From positions 57,467-121,466 of the forward strand of contig DHYU01000080.1 of the NCBI GenBank assembly GCA_002415485.1: DNA of 64,000 nucleotides, given 5' to 3'. The notes under the pieces were generated by a model. It did no database searches. It was not told the origin of the DNA and saw nothing but the letters and a program-made list of their open reading frames with translations. The position numbers and the translations under genes are program-made. Each line of letters begins with the position of its first letter. The stretch's first letter is position 1. Source of the DNA: Proteobacteria bacterium UBA5122. GTDB taxonomy: Bacteria > Pseudomonadota > Gammaproteobacteria > Tenderiales > Tenderiaceae. Positions 44,209 to 54,085 of the stretch are shown in pieces.

Positions 44209-44604
44209 GTGACTAAACGATTTTTAATATTGCTGTGTGGCTTATTTGTGTTTTCTCCGGCGGTTTATGCCATGACAGGTGCACAGTTGGCCGCCAAGTG
44301 TGAGGTATCAATGAGTGAGCAGCGTAGCGCTGAAGTGCAACGCATGTTGGCCGTTGCGTTGGACTCAGGAGCTTGTGCAGGTTTTGTGGGTGGTGTCGTG
44401 CAGGGAGTGAATCTGGTGGGTGGCATGTTAATGATGCAAGGGGCGGCAAAGAAGAATTTTATTTGCGCTTCTGAGCAAGTGCATGCGCGCCAACTTGTGG
44501 AAGTGACGTTGAAGTTTATCAAGGCGAATCCTGATATGGCTAAATTGCCCGCGCATATCAATGTGTATGAGGCGCTGTCTCGAGAATATCCTTGCAAGGA
44601 ATAA
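44209..44604 (+). CDS. Rap1a/Tai4-like periplasmic protein (T6SS amidase-immunity family fold)
   Basis: GTG start. Signal peptide MTKRFLILLCGLFVFSPAVYA. G.QL...C ... GACAGFVGGVVQG ... FICASEQVHARQLVEVTLKFIKANPDMAKLPAHINVYEALSREYPC fits the recalled Rap1a/Tai4 Cys pattern. Confidence 0.55.
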   Translation: MTKRFLILLCGLFVFSPAVYAMTGAQLAAKCEVSMSEQRSAEVQRMLAVALDSGACAGFVGGVVQGVNLVGGMLMMQGAAKKNFICASEQVHARQLVEVTLKFIKANPDMAKLPAHINVYEALSREYPCKE

Positions 44605-44622
44605 TCTGTCTTTGTTGATTTG

Positions 44623-44649
44623 GAGGCGCGAACACTTGCTTCGCGCCTC
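44623..44649. terminator. hairpin between convergent genes
   Basis: GAGGCGCGAAcacttgcTTCGCGCCTC: a 10-bp stem with poor U-tails. Confidence 0.4.
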
Positions 44650-44661
44650 GTTCAACTGATC

Positions 44662-45504
44662 TTACTGATGCACGTTCAGTAAACCCAATACGCCATCCAA
44701 CCCGCAGTGATTGAATGCCGCATGCGCCTGTACCTGGACCTTGGGTTTGGCATGGTAGGCGATGCTGAGGCCCGCTTCTTTCATCATCACCAGATCATTG
44801 GCGCCATCGCCCATGGCGACGACTTGGCTGGGTTTGATTTTCAATTCTTCACATTTTTGCAGAAGCAAATCTGCCTTGGCCTGCGCGCCGACGATGTGGC
44901 CGTGGATCTCGCCAGTGAGGCTGCCGTTCTCAAACTCCAGCGTGTTGGCCAGCGTATAGTCGAGATTGAGGCGTGCCTTGAGTTTGTCGGTGAAATAGGT
45001 GAAACCGCCTGAGACAAGCGCGGTCTTGATGTTGTTTGCCTTGAGGCCGGCGAGCATCTGTTCTGCGCCGGGGTTTAGTTGCAGGCGTTCGTGGTAGACG
45101 TGTTGCAGGGCGTCTTCTTTTAATCCCTTCAATAAGGCAATGCGGCGACGCAGTGAGGTTTCGAAGTCGATCTCGCCGCGCATGGCCGATTCGGTGATCT
45201 CGGAGACCTGTGGTTTGACGTTGACGTAGTCGGCGATTTCATCGATGCATTCGATGCTGATCAGTGTCGAGTCCATGTCGGTGACCAGCAGACGCACGGC
45301 GCTGGGATCAAAGTTCTCGGGCAGGCAGTTGATGTCGAAGGCATGTTCGCTGCGCAGACGCTCGATAGTGCTGTGATCGATGTGTTGCGGGGTATGCACA
45401 CGATGAAAGGCTGTAGCGCTTTCCAGTTCGCCGCCGAGTTGTTGGGCGATGGTTTCTGCGGTGGCTTGGGTCAGGGCGGCGCCCTGGAGAATGATGATCG
45501 ACAT
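44662..45504 (-). CDS. serB: phosphoserine phosphatase
   Basis: HAD motif I LLVTDMDSTLI, motif III/IV ..MGDGANDL... N-terminal regulatory domain. The start was taken at ATG 45504 (MSIIILQG). Confidence 0.88.
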   Translation of the reverse strand: MSIIILQGAALTQATAETIAQQLGGELESATAFHRVHTPQHIDHSTIERLRSEHAFDINCLPENFDPSAVRLLVTDMDSTLISIECIDEIADYVNVKPQVSEITESAMRGEIDFETSLRRRIALLKGLKEDALQHVYHERLQLNPGAEQMLAGLKANNIKTALVSGGFTYFTDKLKARLNLDYTLANTLEFENGSLTGEIHGHIVGAQAKADLLLQKCEELKIKPSQVVAMGDGANDLVMMKEAGLSIAYHAKPKVQVQAHAAFNHCGLDGVLGLLNVHQ

Positions 45505-45594
45505 AACGCGGGATTCCAGTTTGGATGCAAATAATGGGCGCCATTTTCCCATAGCGGCGCACGTACGTCCAAAGGCGCTTTGGTATTTAAAGCA

Positions 45595-46791
45595 CTAGTC
45601 GTGCAGGAACAGGGTTAGCAGGTCATTGAGAAAACGCTTGCCCAGATCGGTGGGGGCGATGCGTTGAATGTTCCATTCGATCAGGCCCTTGTCCTCGGCG
45701 AGTTTGAGCGGTTTTTCGATCAGGGTGATGGGTAGGCCCGTGTGTTGACTAAACAGCGCCGTGGGCACGCCATCGTTGAGGCGTAGCGCGTTGAGCATGA
45801 AGTCGAAGGCGGCTTCTTGTGGGCTGAGTTGTTGTTTGCCCGCCAGTGCGTGTTCGCTGCCGGCATGTTGCAGGTAGTCGCGCGGATTTTTAACCTTCCA
45901 ACGGCGGGTGATGGTTTGGTATTGCGCGTCGCTGATCTTGCCGTGGGCACCGGCACCAATGCCGATGTAATCACCAAATTCCCAATAGTTACGATTGTGC
46001 TGGCACTGGCGATTGGCTTGTGCGAAGGCAGAGACTTCGTAGTGGCGATAGCCGTGCTCGGCAAGTAGGGTGTGACAGGCATCCTGCATCTGCCAGATGT
46101 CGTCATCGTCGGGCAGTGTGGGCGGTTGGTGATGGAAGAGTGTGTTCGGCTCCAGCGTCAACTGGTAGTGCGAGAGATGGGTGGGTTTTAGTGCGATGGC
46201 CTGTTGCAGATCGGTGATGGCCTGGTCGATGGTTTGTTCTGGCAGGCCAAACATCAGGTCGAGGTTGAGGTTGTCGAAGCCGGCGTTGAATGCGAACTCG
46301 ACGGCACGTTTGGCATCATCGGCATTATGAATGCGACCAAGTTTGGTCAGTGCCTGGTCGTTAAAACTCTGGATGCCGATGGATAAACGATTGATGCCGA
46401 GGTTGCGGTAGTCGCGAAAACGTGCCGCTTCGGCGGTGCCTGGGTTGGCCTCCAATGTGATCTCGGCCATGGGGTGCAAGGGCAGACGGGCGCGAATGCC
46501 GCATAACAAATCATCCATTGCCTGTGCCGACATGAGGCTGGGGGTGCCTCCGCCAAAAAAGATGCTACTGACCTGTCTGCCCCACACCAATGGCAATTCC
46601 TGTTCGAGATCGCTTAGCAGTGCAGCGACATACTCATGCTCAGGCAGGTCATTGTTGTGCTGGTGTGAGTTGAAGTCGCAATACGGACATTTGCGAACAC
46701 ACCAGGGGATGTGTACGTATAGAGATAAGGGGGGCAGGCTATGTAAATTAAACACTGTTGACTCTTTCAAGGATAAGTTGTTCGGCTTCAC
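45595..46791 (-). CDS. hemW: radical SAM haem chaperone HemW (oxygen-independent coproporphyrinogen-III oxidase-like)
   Basis: LYVHIPWCVRKCPYCDFNS (CxxxCxxC radical-SAM cluster), GGGTPSL, HemN_C-like C-terminus. The start is ambiguous. ATG 46791 overlaps the upstream gene by 44 nt; the in-frame GTG at 46755 would overlap its stop (46748-46750) by only 8 nt. Confidence 0.88.
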   Translation of the reverse strand: MKPNNLSLKESTVFNLHSLPPLSLYVHIPWCVRKCPYCDFNSHQHNNDLPEHEYVAALLSDLEQELPLVWGRQVSSIFFGGGTPSLMSAQAMDDLLCGIRARLPLHPMAEITLEANPGTAEAARFRDYRNLGINRLSIGIQSFNDQALTKLGRIHNADDAKRAVEFAFNAGFDNLNLDLMFGLPEQTIDQAITDLQQAIALKPTHLSHYQLTLEPNTLFHHQPPTLPDDDDIWQMQDACHTLLAEHGYRHYEVSAFAQANRQCQHNRNYWEFGDYIGIGAGAHGKISDAQYQTITRRWKVKNPRDYLQHAGSEHALAGKQQLSPQEAAFDFMLNALRLNDGVPTALFSQHTGLPITLIEKPLKLAEDKGLIEWNIQRIAPTDLGKRFLNDLLTLFLHD

Positions 46792-49693
46792 GTGCGGTTA
46801 GTGGTTTGTGAAATAAGAAACCTTGGGCTGTTTCGCAGTTCAGGCGCTTGAGAAAATTGAGCTGTTCATTGGTTTCTACGCCTTCGGCAGTGACTTGCAG
46901 GCGCAGGCTCTTGGCCATAGAGATGATGGCGCTAATCAGTGCAGCATCATCGGCATCGGTAGTGATATCACGTACAAATGAGCGATCTATCTTAAGTTTG
47001 TCGAGCGGGAAGCGTCGAAGATAGCTAAGTGATGAATAACCGGTGCCGAAGTCATCGATGGATAAACCGATGCCCATCTCACTGAAGCTGCTTAGAATGG
47101 ACTCAGTTCGATCTGGGTTGATCATAAGTAGGCTTTCAGTGATTTCAAATTCCAGCATTGATGGATCTACGCCGCTGTCTTGAATGATGCGTTTAAAATT
47201 CTCTTCCAGTTTATGATTGTTAAACTGACGATTGGAGACGTTGACTGACAGTTCAAGTCGGGGGTTGAACTGGTGCCAGTGATGAAGTTGGATGCAGGCT
47301 GTTTTAAGCACCCATTCTCCGACGTCGACAATGAGTCCGGTTTCTTCTAGGACAGGAATAAAATCAAGTGGCGACATTAATCCTGCATCAGCGTGTTGCC
47401 AGCGCAGTAATGCCTCGAAACCAATCAGGTTGCCATCGCGTAACTCGATCTTCGGTTGATAATAGAGTTCAAATTCATTTCTCCCGAGCGCTTTACGTAG
47501 ATCCGTTTCGAGTTGTAGTCGTCTCAGTGCTTTGTCGCTCATTTCCAGGGAAAAAAAGTGAAAAGTATTGCGGCCGCTTTCTTTGGCGCGATACATGGCG
47601 ATGTCGGCATGTTTGATGAGTGTGCGTGGATCGATGCCATCCTCTGGATAGACGCTGATGCCAAGGCTGGTTGACAGGAAGAGTTCTTGCCCCCGGATAT
47701 GAATCGGTTTTGTAAGTGCGTTTAATAGTTTTTCACAGATTTGCGCCACCTGCTCGGTGTGGTAGATGTCTTCTAGCAAAATTGTGAATTCATCGCCACC
47801 TTGGCGCGAAACGGTATCACTGCTGCGCAGAACCGATTGAAAACGTTCTGCTGCAGTCCTGAGGACTTGGTCTCCAGCCTCATGGCCCAGCGTGTCGTTG
47901 ATGATCTTGAAACGATCGAGGTCGGCAAATATTACTGCTATCAAAGTTTGTTCACGTTGTGCCCGCTGAATGGCCTGCTGCGTACGATCAATGAACAGGG
48001 CGCGGTTCGGTAGTTGAGTCAGGGTGTCGTGATGGGCGAGGAAGTGCAGATATTCCTGTGTCTGCATGCGGTCGCTTATGTCGCGGCCTGTTGAAATAAA
48101 ATGGGTGATTGTGCCGTCGTCACCTTTAAGCGGCGTAATGGTTTTTTCTTCGTAATAATGGCTGCCATCTTTGCGGCGATTGATGATGATGTCGTTGTAA
48201 ACCTTGCCGGCCTGAATTGTTTGCCAGAGCTGGGATTGATAGCCGGGGGCTTGATGGTCCTGTTTGTCCGATTTTAGAATCGACGGGGTCTTTCCCGCGA
48301 CATCCTGTCGGGAGTAGCCGGTGACGGCCTCAAAAGCGGCGTTAACATATTCAATAATGCCATTGGCATTGGTGATCATGACGGCATCGGCAGTTTGTTC
48401 CAATGCCATTGAAAGTTGACGCATATGGGCTTCGTTTTTCTTGCGCTCGCTAATGTCTGTGATGCTGCCACGTATTAATGGTCGGTTTGATGAAGGCAGG
48501 CGTACCAGTCGTGTTTCGCAGATCACGTGGTCGCCGTCGCTGTTGTGATAGGTCCATTCGTAAACCGGCGTATCGCCATCGGTGGCCTGGCGGATATGTT
48601 CGTAGGCCGCTTGGCCTGAGTCGCAGCCGTCGGGTTGGGTGTCTGGGCTCAAGGTGAGATAGTCTCGGCCAATCAGTTGCTCGGGACTAAGTTTAAACAG
48701 CTTGGCTGCATTGGTGTTGGCGTCGGTGATTTTGTGTGATTCAACGTCGAGCACGAAGATTGCTTCGGGGGCGTGTTGTACCAAGGTGCGGAATTGCTCT
48801 TCACTTTCCTTGAGTATCCTTAAGGCTATCAGGCTGCTGAGCGCATGACCTATACGTTGGCTGATTTCCTGGAAAAGCCAGGCTTCTGCCTGGGTGAATG
48901 TGTGAGGGGCACGGCAATGGTGAATGACGATGCCCCAGGGCTCATCCAGTTTTGGGTGTAGCGCAGATAGCATCTGCGACTTGATATGGAAGAGATCGCT
49001 AACAGGTTGTGGTAATGGGTTCGGTGCGCCTGGTCCATAGCAGACCGGCAGGGGGCTGTTTAAGACGGCCTCCAAGGCGGCAGCGGTTTGGTTGTCGACG
49101 GGCAAGTCTACGTTTTTCTCGACAGCGCCGGGCCATTCCGGGCGTGTTTGTTCCATTGGAATAGTGATGGTGCGCGCTTTTGGATTGCATGGATAGATCA
49201 ACGCCGCCCGATCGCAATCAAAGATGTCGAGTAATGCCCCTAGTGAATCATTTAGCATTTGGTCGATGTTGTCGGATTCCAGGCTTATTTTGCTAATGCG
49301 TTCTATCCCTTCCAATTGTTTAAGCTGTGTTTCGTTCTGGTTGGCATGTTGATTTGGATGTTGTGCGCTGATGTAACTGATGACTTCTCCTTGAGGCAAG
49401 ACCGTGCTTTGGATGAATAGAGAGACTTGATGATGTGGGTGTGTGTCGATACGCTGGGCAATACAGTGTTGCTCGGTACCATGTTTGACGGCCAGAGAAA
49501 AAGGATGTTGTTCCGGCGGTATCGATTTTCCATGTTGGTCGACGAGGCCATGTTCCCAAGCGTTATATAAGGCAGTGTGATTCTGATCGCATCCAAATAG
49601 CTGGTATGCGGATTCGTTGGCGTAGATGATTTGTCCTTCGTTGGTTTGCAGTATTACGCCGCTAATAACGGGAGGGGACGTACGATGATTCAA
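46748..49693 (-). CDS. multidomain PAS/GAF-GGDEF-EAL cyclic-di-GMP signalling protein
   Basis: 981 aa with several PAS-like modules, an intact GGDEF (RQGGDEFTILL) and EAL (FEALLRW ... DDFGTGYSSLSYL) domains. Confidence 0.9.
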   Translation of the reverse strand: MNHRTSPPVISGVILQTNEGQIIYANESAYQLFGCDQNHTALYNAWEHGLVDQHGKSIPPEQHPFSLAVKHGTEQHCIAQRIDTHPHHQVSLFIQSTVLPQGEVISYISAQHPNQHANQNETQLKQLEGIERISKISLESDNIDQMLNDSLGALLDIFDCDRAALIYPCNPKARTITIPMEQTRPEWPGAVEKNVDLPVDNQTAAALEAVLNSPLPVCYGPGAPNPLPQPVSDLFHIKSQMLSALHPKLDEPWGIVIHHCRAPHTFTQAEAWLFQEISQRIGHALSSLIALRILKESEEQFRTLVQHAPEAIFVLDVESHKITDANTNAAKLFKLSPEQLIGRDYLTLSPDTQPDGCDSGQAAYEHIRQATDGDTPVYEWTYHNSDGDHVICETRLVRLPSSNRPLIRGSITDISERKKNEAHMRQLSMALEQTADAVMITNANGIIEYVNAAFEAVTGYSRQDVAGKTPSILKSDKQDHQAPGYQSQLWQTIQAGKVYNDIIINRRKDGSHYYEEKTITPLKGDDGTITHFISTGRDISDRMQTQEYLHFLAHHDTLTQLPNRALFIDRTQQAIQRAQREQTLIAVIFADLDRFKIINDTLGHEAGDQVLRTAAERFQSVLRSSDTVSRQGGDEFTILLEDIYHTEQVAQICEKLLNALTKPIHIRGQELFLSTSLGISVYPEDGIDPRTLIKHADIAMYRAKESGRNTFHFFSLEMSDKALRRLQLETDLRKALGRNEFELYYQPKIELRDGNLIGFEALLRWQHADAGLMSPLDFIPVLEETGLIVDVGEWVLKTACIQLHHWHQFNPRLELSVNVSNRQFNNHKLEENFKRIIQDSGVDPSMLEFEITESLLMINPDRTESILSSFSEMGIGLSIDDFGTGYSSLSYLRRFPLDKLKIDRSFVRDITTDADDAALISAIISMAKSLRLQVTAEGVETNEQLNFLKRLNCETAQGFLFHKPLTAREAEQLILERVNSV

Positions 49694-49799
49694 TTAACTG
49701 CCTCCAATGGTTGAAGGTGCCGGTTGGCCAAGGTTGGTTGTCGATAAAACAAGAAAGTGTAGGCTAAATTTTTCGCATGTGTAATAAAGTTGCAGCACG

Positions 49800-51278
49800 T
49801 TACGCTGAGTCTACGGCGCACAACTTATGGATCGTCTGCGCGGGATTAAAAATATTGCTGGTGTCTGGATGAAAGGTCTTGTGCTGATAGCTGCCGTCGT
49901 CATGTTCAATGTATAGCGGGCGATAATGATCAATATGTTTTTCGATGTCGAGCAGGGCCTTGGTCAGGGTCTGAATATCTTCCTGGGTGGTGTATAAACC
50001 GAAGCTGGCGCGAACCATGCCGCGTTTGGAATTTAGCAGGCGAGATAATTCTTCGTTGTTATATTGCTCTGTGTCGAGTGAGAGAAACTCTTCCATAAGC
50101 ATGGATTGCACGTAGGGATGGGCGCAGAAACATTGGTTGCGAACAGCAATGCCATGATAATCGTTGAGGATGGCGGCAGTCAGGCCATGACCGATGTTGG
50201 CCAAGTTGAAGCTTAAGGAACCCCTGCGTGCTTGTTGTTGATCACCATAAATGCGGATGCTTTGGCATTGTTTCAGTTGGCTAATGGCCCAGGTGGTCAG
50301 TTTCTGTTCGTGGTGGGCAATTTCTTGCATGCCGATTTCATTGAGTACGCTCAGTGCATTGGCGAGTAGCACTGTGCCGACGATATTGGGTGTGCCCGCT
50401 TGTTCGCGATCGTTTAGATCTTCTGCCAGATCATATCCTGCACGGGTCACGGCACTGACCATGCCGCCGCCGAGTTCGTTTGGTGTCATCGCGCTTAACA
50501 ATGAACGTTTGGCGATGAGTACGCCTGGGCTGCCGGGGGCATATATCTTGTGACCGGAAAACATGTAGGCATCGATGTCCAGCGCGGCGAGATCAATCGG
50601 TGCATGTGCGGTCATCTGTGCGCCGTCGACCACCAGGTATGCATCATGGGCGTGGGCGAGTGCGGCGATTTCCTTTAGCGGATTGGCGATGCCGGTCACA
50701 TTGCTGACACCGGTGACGGCGATATAGTTGATTCGGCCCTGGTGGTGTTCGAGCAGCTGTTTTAATGCGCTGATACTGACCGCGCCAGGGTGGGCGCCTT
50801 CCCCTTCCAGGGGGATGTGTTCGAGATGGCGAGCATGGCGGCGATGGGGCAGGTCATTGGAGTGATGCTCCATCAGTGATACGAGTACCATGTCGCGTTC
50901 GGGGCGTAGCTGGGCGAGTCCACTTGCCACTCGGTTGGCCACGGCGGTGGTGCCACTGCCAAGAAATAGCGCGACATATTCGTCAGTCGGAGCGCCAACA
51001 AAATCGAGTACGGTGCGTTGCGCCCAGGCCATGGTGTCGGCGGTGATCTTGGCGCCGGTATGAACCGAGGTGTGGGTGTTGGCGTAATGGGCGAGAAAGG
51101 CCTCTGTTGCGCGCCAGGCTGGTTCCAGCATCAGGCTGGAGGCTGAGCTGTCCAAGTAGATGCGTCTTTTGTTTGCGCCCGTTGCAAGCGGATATTCGGT
51201 ATTGAGTCCGAAGAATCGTGATTGCAGTTGTTTTAATGGGCTATGAGCGCCACGTTTTGGATGATCAGATTGGGCCAT
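49800..51278 (-). CDS. class-V aminotransferase-fold PLP enzyme (cysteine desulfurase-like)
   Basis: 492 aa. SGHKIYAPGSPGVL (PLP-Lys region), HHSNDLP and VTGVSNVTG patterns of the class-V fold. Confidence 0.8.
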   Translation of the reverse strand: MAQSDHPKRGAHSPLKQLQSRFFGLNTEYPLATGANKRRIYLDSSASSLMLEPAWRATEAFLAHYANTHTSVHTGAKITADTMAWAQRTVLDFVGAPTDEYVALFLGSGTTAVANRVASGLAQLRPERDMVLVSLMEHHSNDLPHRRHARHLEHIPLEGEGAHPGAVSISALKQLLEHHQGRINYIAVTGVSNVTGIANPLKEIAALAHAHDAYLVVDGAQMTAHAPIDLAALDIDAYMFSGHKIYAPGSPGVLIAKRSLLSAMTPNELGGGMVSAVTRAGYDLAEDLNDREQAGTPNIVGTVLLANALSVLNEIGMQEIAHHEQKLTTWAISQLKQCQSIRIYGDQQQARRGSLSFNLANIGHGLTAAILNDYHGIAVRNQCFCAHPYVQSMLMEEFLSLDTEQYNNEELSRLLNSKRGMVRASFGLYTTQEDIQTLTKALLDIEKHIDHYRPLYIEHDDGSYQHKTFHPDTSNIFNPAQTIHKLCAVDSA

Positions 51279-51384
51279 GAGGCGGAGCCGTTTTCAAAAC
51301 GAACGATTATAACCGCAGTGGCTAGAACGTGGTGTGGTGGATTTTGGCATAAAAAAAGTGCGTATGGGGATGTTTGCCTTTTTT

Positions 51385-51394
51385 GGGGGGGGGG
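51385..51394. repeat. G10 homopolymer in a divergent promoter region
   Basis: ttttGGGGGGGGGGagg, between the aminotransferase start (51278, minus) and the LysR start (51537, plus). Confidence 0.9.
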
Positions 51395-51482
51395 AGGAGA
51401 GGAGGCAAGTCCCATACGCACTGTTAAGGAGAGTCAACTATGTGTTCACTACGGTTGCTACTATGCCTGTGGTCTAGTATAA

Positions 51483-51503
51483 ATAAAAATAGAAAGTTTT
51501 TAT
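51483..51503. promoter_or_regulatory. perfect inverted repeat ATAAAAA-N7-TTTTTAT, candidate LysR-type regulator box
   Basis: ATAAAAAtagaaagTTTTTAT lies 34 nt upstream of the LysR start codon. The dyad with a 7-nt centre resembles LTTR T-N11-A type sites. Confidence 0.3.
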
Positions 51504-51536
51504 AAAAACCATAGATAAATGCAAAAAAGGGTTGTT

Positions 51537-52505
51537 ATGCCTAATATTCGCAATGCCACCTTCAGACAGCTTCAAGTATTTGAATCTATAGCAAGAAATG
51601 GTTCGTTTACCGAAGCCGCAGAAGAGCTGCATCTGACCCAGCCCACTCTGTCGATGCAGGTAAAGAAACTGACCTCTATCGTGGGTATGCCGCTGTTTGA
51701 CCAGATCGGTAAGCGAATTTTTCTGACGGAGGTGGGCAAAGAGCTGCTCAAAACCTGTAAAACGGTGTTCGCAAGTCTATCCGAATTTCAGATGACGGTT
51801 TCGGATATCAAGGGGGTCAAGCAGGGGAATCTGCGGATCTCCGGGGTGACGACAGCGGAATATTTTGCGCCGCGGATCTTGGGCGACTTCTGCAAGCGGT
51901 ATCCGGGCATCAATGTGGCGTTGGAGGTGACCAATCGGCGTCGCGTCCTCGAGCGCTTGGAAGAGAATCTGGATGATGTCTATATCGTGGGCCAGGCGCC
52001 CACCGGCCCAGGCATCAATGCGATACCGTTCTTAAAAAATCCGCTGGTAATCTTGGCGTCACCCAATCATCCGTTGGCGGGCAAGAAAAATATCCCTCTA
52101 CAGGCTCTGGGGGAGGAAAACTTCATTATGCGTGAACCCGGTTGTGGGACATATCTATCGGTGGATCGTTTGGTGAAAGGTGGAGAGTTCGAATTCAAGA
52201 GTAGCCTGGCCCTGGGTAGTAACGAGGCGATCAAACAGGCGGTGATCGGTGAACTGGGGGTGTCCATGTTGTCGATCTATGCGTTGGTGCATGAGATCAA
52301 CTCCGGCGAACTGGTCGTGTTGGATGTAAAGGGTTTTCCTGTGATGGATGAGTGGTTCTTATGTTTCCCCGAAGGAAAACAGTTGTCAGTGGTGGCACAG
52401 GTGTTCAGTGATTACATGTTGAGTGAAGGGCGAGAGTTGACTCAAAGCTCGTTGCCGACAGAGTGGTATGACGCACTGCACGGTGAGGAAGAGTTGTCGC
52501 GTTGA
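51537..52505 (+). CDS. LysR-family transcriptional regulator
   Basis: N-terminal HTH ATFRQLQVFESIARNGSFTEAAEELHLTQPTLSMQVKKL, plus a LysR substrate-binding domain. Confidence 0.88.
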   Translation: MPNIRNATFRQLQVFESIARNGSFTEAAEELHLTQPTLSMQVKKLTSIVGMPLFDQIGKRIFLTEVGKELLKTCKTVFASLSEFQMTVSDIKGVKQGNLRISGVTTAEYFAPRILGDFCKRYPGINVALEVTNRRRVLERLEENLDDVYIVGQAPTGPGINAIPFLKNPLVILASPNHPLAGKKNIPLQALGEENFIMREPGCGTYLSVDRLVKGGEFEFKSSLALGSNEAIKQAVIGELGVSMLSIYALVHEINSGELVVLDVKGFPVMDEWFLCFPEGKQLSVVAQVFSDYMLSEGRELTQSSLPTEWYDALHGEEELSR

Positions 52506-52555
52506 CAAGCAGCGGTGTGTGTTGAATGAGCGTTACGACTTTTTGTCGTCAGTAT

Positions 52556-52586
52556 AAAGGTGGCTAATTTGTTAGCCACCTTTTTA
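52556..52586. terminator. rho-independent terminator between convergent genes
   Basis: aaaGGTGGCTAAtttgTTAGCCACCttttt. Confidence 0.7.
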
Positions 52587-52650
52587 TTTCAGGCTAGCCT
52601 TAAGAGGCCTGATGTCGTTTGACTTCGAGTGTCTCGTCTTGCAGGCGTTA

Positions 52651-53997
52651 TTAAATTTGCTTGGTGATTAATCCCATGGTGACTTCATTAGAGTCCCATG
52701 GGATTTTGACTTGATGGCCGCTGCCGGGGGCGACATCTACGCTGCCGTTAAAGAAGTTTTCCATGCGCTCCAGCTTAAAACGCTTGTTGCCGCTGGGCAG
52801 GATAAACTCCAGTTCATCGCCGACAGAGAATTTGTTTTTAACTTCGACTTCGGCCATGCCTTTGTCGGCATCGTAGCCGATGATTTCACCAACAAAGGAT
52901 TGCTGGTTGCTCTTGGAATAACCCGTTAAATAATTTTGGTGTTCGGCGGTGTGGTGGCGTTGATAAAAGCCATCGGTGTAACCGCGGTTGGCGAGATTTT
53001 CCAATACGCCTAACAGTTCAGGATTGAATGCCTTGCCTGCAGTGGCATCGTCGATGGCCTGACGATAGGCCTGTGTTGCGCGTGCGACGTAATAATGCGA
53101 TTTGGTGCGGCCTTCGATCTTGAGCGAGTCGATGCCAATTTTTGCCAAACGCTCGACATGTTCAACGGCGCGCAGGTCTTTTGAATTCATGATGTACGTG
53201 CCGTGTTCGTCTTCAAAGATCGGCATGTATTCGCCGGGGCGATTCTGTTCTTCAATCAAATATACGTGGTCGGCCAGCGGGTGACGCGGTAGCTCGCCAC
53301 AGTCGGACAGGTTGATCTGATTCATTGCACCAAAGGCATTGAAGTCGATCTTTTTTACATCGCCGGCGTCGTCGGTAGAGCCGCAGCTGACGCCGTATTC
53401 CCAACGACAGGAGTTGGTGCAGGTGCCTTGGTTGGGGTCGCGGTGATTGAAATAACCGGACAACAAACAACGACCTGAGTAGGCGATGCACAGTGCGCCG
53501 TGGACGAAGACTTCCAGCTCCATATCGGGGCAGCGTTGGCGGATGTCTTCGATTTCATCCAACGATAATTCACGCGACAAGATCACGCGCTCCAGGCCCA
53601 TGCTCTTCCAGAACTTCACCGCTTGATAGTTGACGGTGTTGGCCTGTACCGACAGATGGATCGGCATCTCCGGCCATTTTTCACGTACCAGCATGATCAG
53701 GCCGGGGTCGGCCATGATCAGTGCATCGGGTTTCATGTTGATCACGGGTTCGATGTCGCGCAGGTAGGTGTCGACCTTGCTGTTGTGCGGCATCAGGTTT
53801 GAGGCAACAAACAGCTTTTTGCCGAGCGCGTGGGCCTCGTTGATGCCGATCTCTAGATTTTTCAGATCGAAGTCATTGTTGCGCACGCGCAGGCTGTAAC
53901 GGGGTTGACCGGCGTAGACTGCATCCGCGCCATAGGCGAAGGCGTAACGCATGTTTTTCAGGGTGCCCGCAGGGGCCAGTAGTTCTGGTGTTTTCAT
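52651..53997 (-). CDS. U32-family peptidase-like protein (YegQ/TrhP-type)
   Basis: MKTPELLAPAGTLKNMRYAFAYGADAVYAGQPRYSLR and E.FVHGALC.AYSGRCLLS are U32 signatures. The length (448 aa) matches E. coli YegQ. Confidence 0.88.
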   Translation of the reverse strand: MKTPELLAPAGTLKNMRYAFAYGADAVYAGQPRYSLRVRNNDFDLKNLEIGINEAHALGKKLFVASNLMPHNSKVDTYLRDIEPVINMKPDALIMADPGLIMLVREKWPEMPIHLSVQANTVNYQAVKFWKSMGLERVILSRELSLDEIEDIRQRCPDMELEVFVHGALCIAYSGRCLLSGYFNHRDPNQGTCTNSCRWEYGVSCGSTDDAGDVKKIDFNAFGAMNQINLSDCGELPRHPLADHVYLIEEQNRPGEYMPIFEDEHGTYIMNSKDLRAVEHVERLAKIGIDSLKIEGRTKSHYYVARATQAYRQAIDDATAGKAFNPELLGVLENLANRGYTDGFYQRHHTAEHQNYLTGYSKSNQQSFVGEIIGYDADKGMAEVEVKNKFSVGDELEFILPSGNKRFKLERMENFFNGSVDVAPGSGHQVKIPWDSNEVTMGLITKQI

Positions 53998-54085
53998 TGT
54001 GTTTCAACCACCGCTTGCAGGGCGCCGGTTGCTCCGGTTGAGAGGCTGGGCCTCGTGATTAATTTGGCTGAGTGTTAAATCGTGT

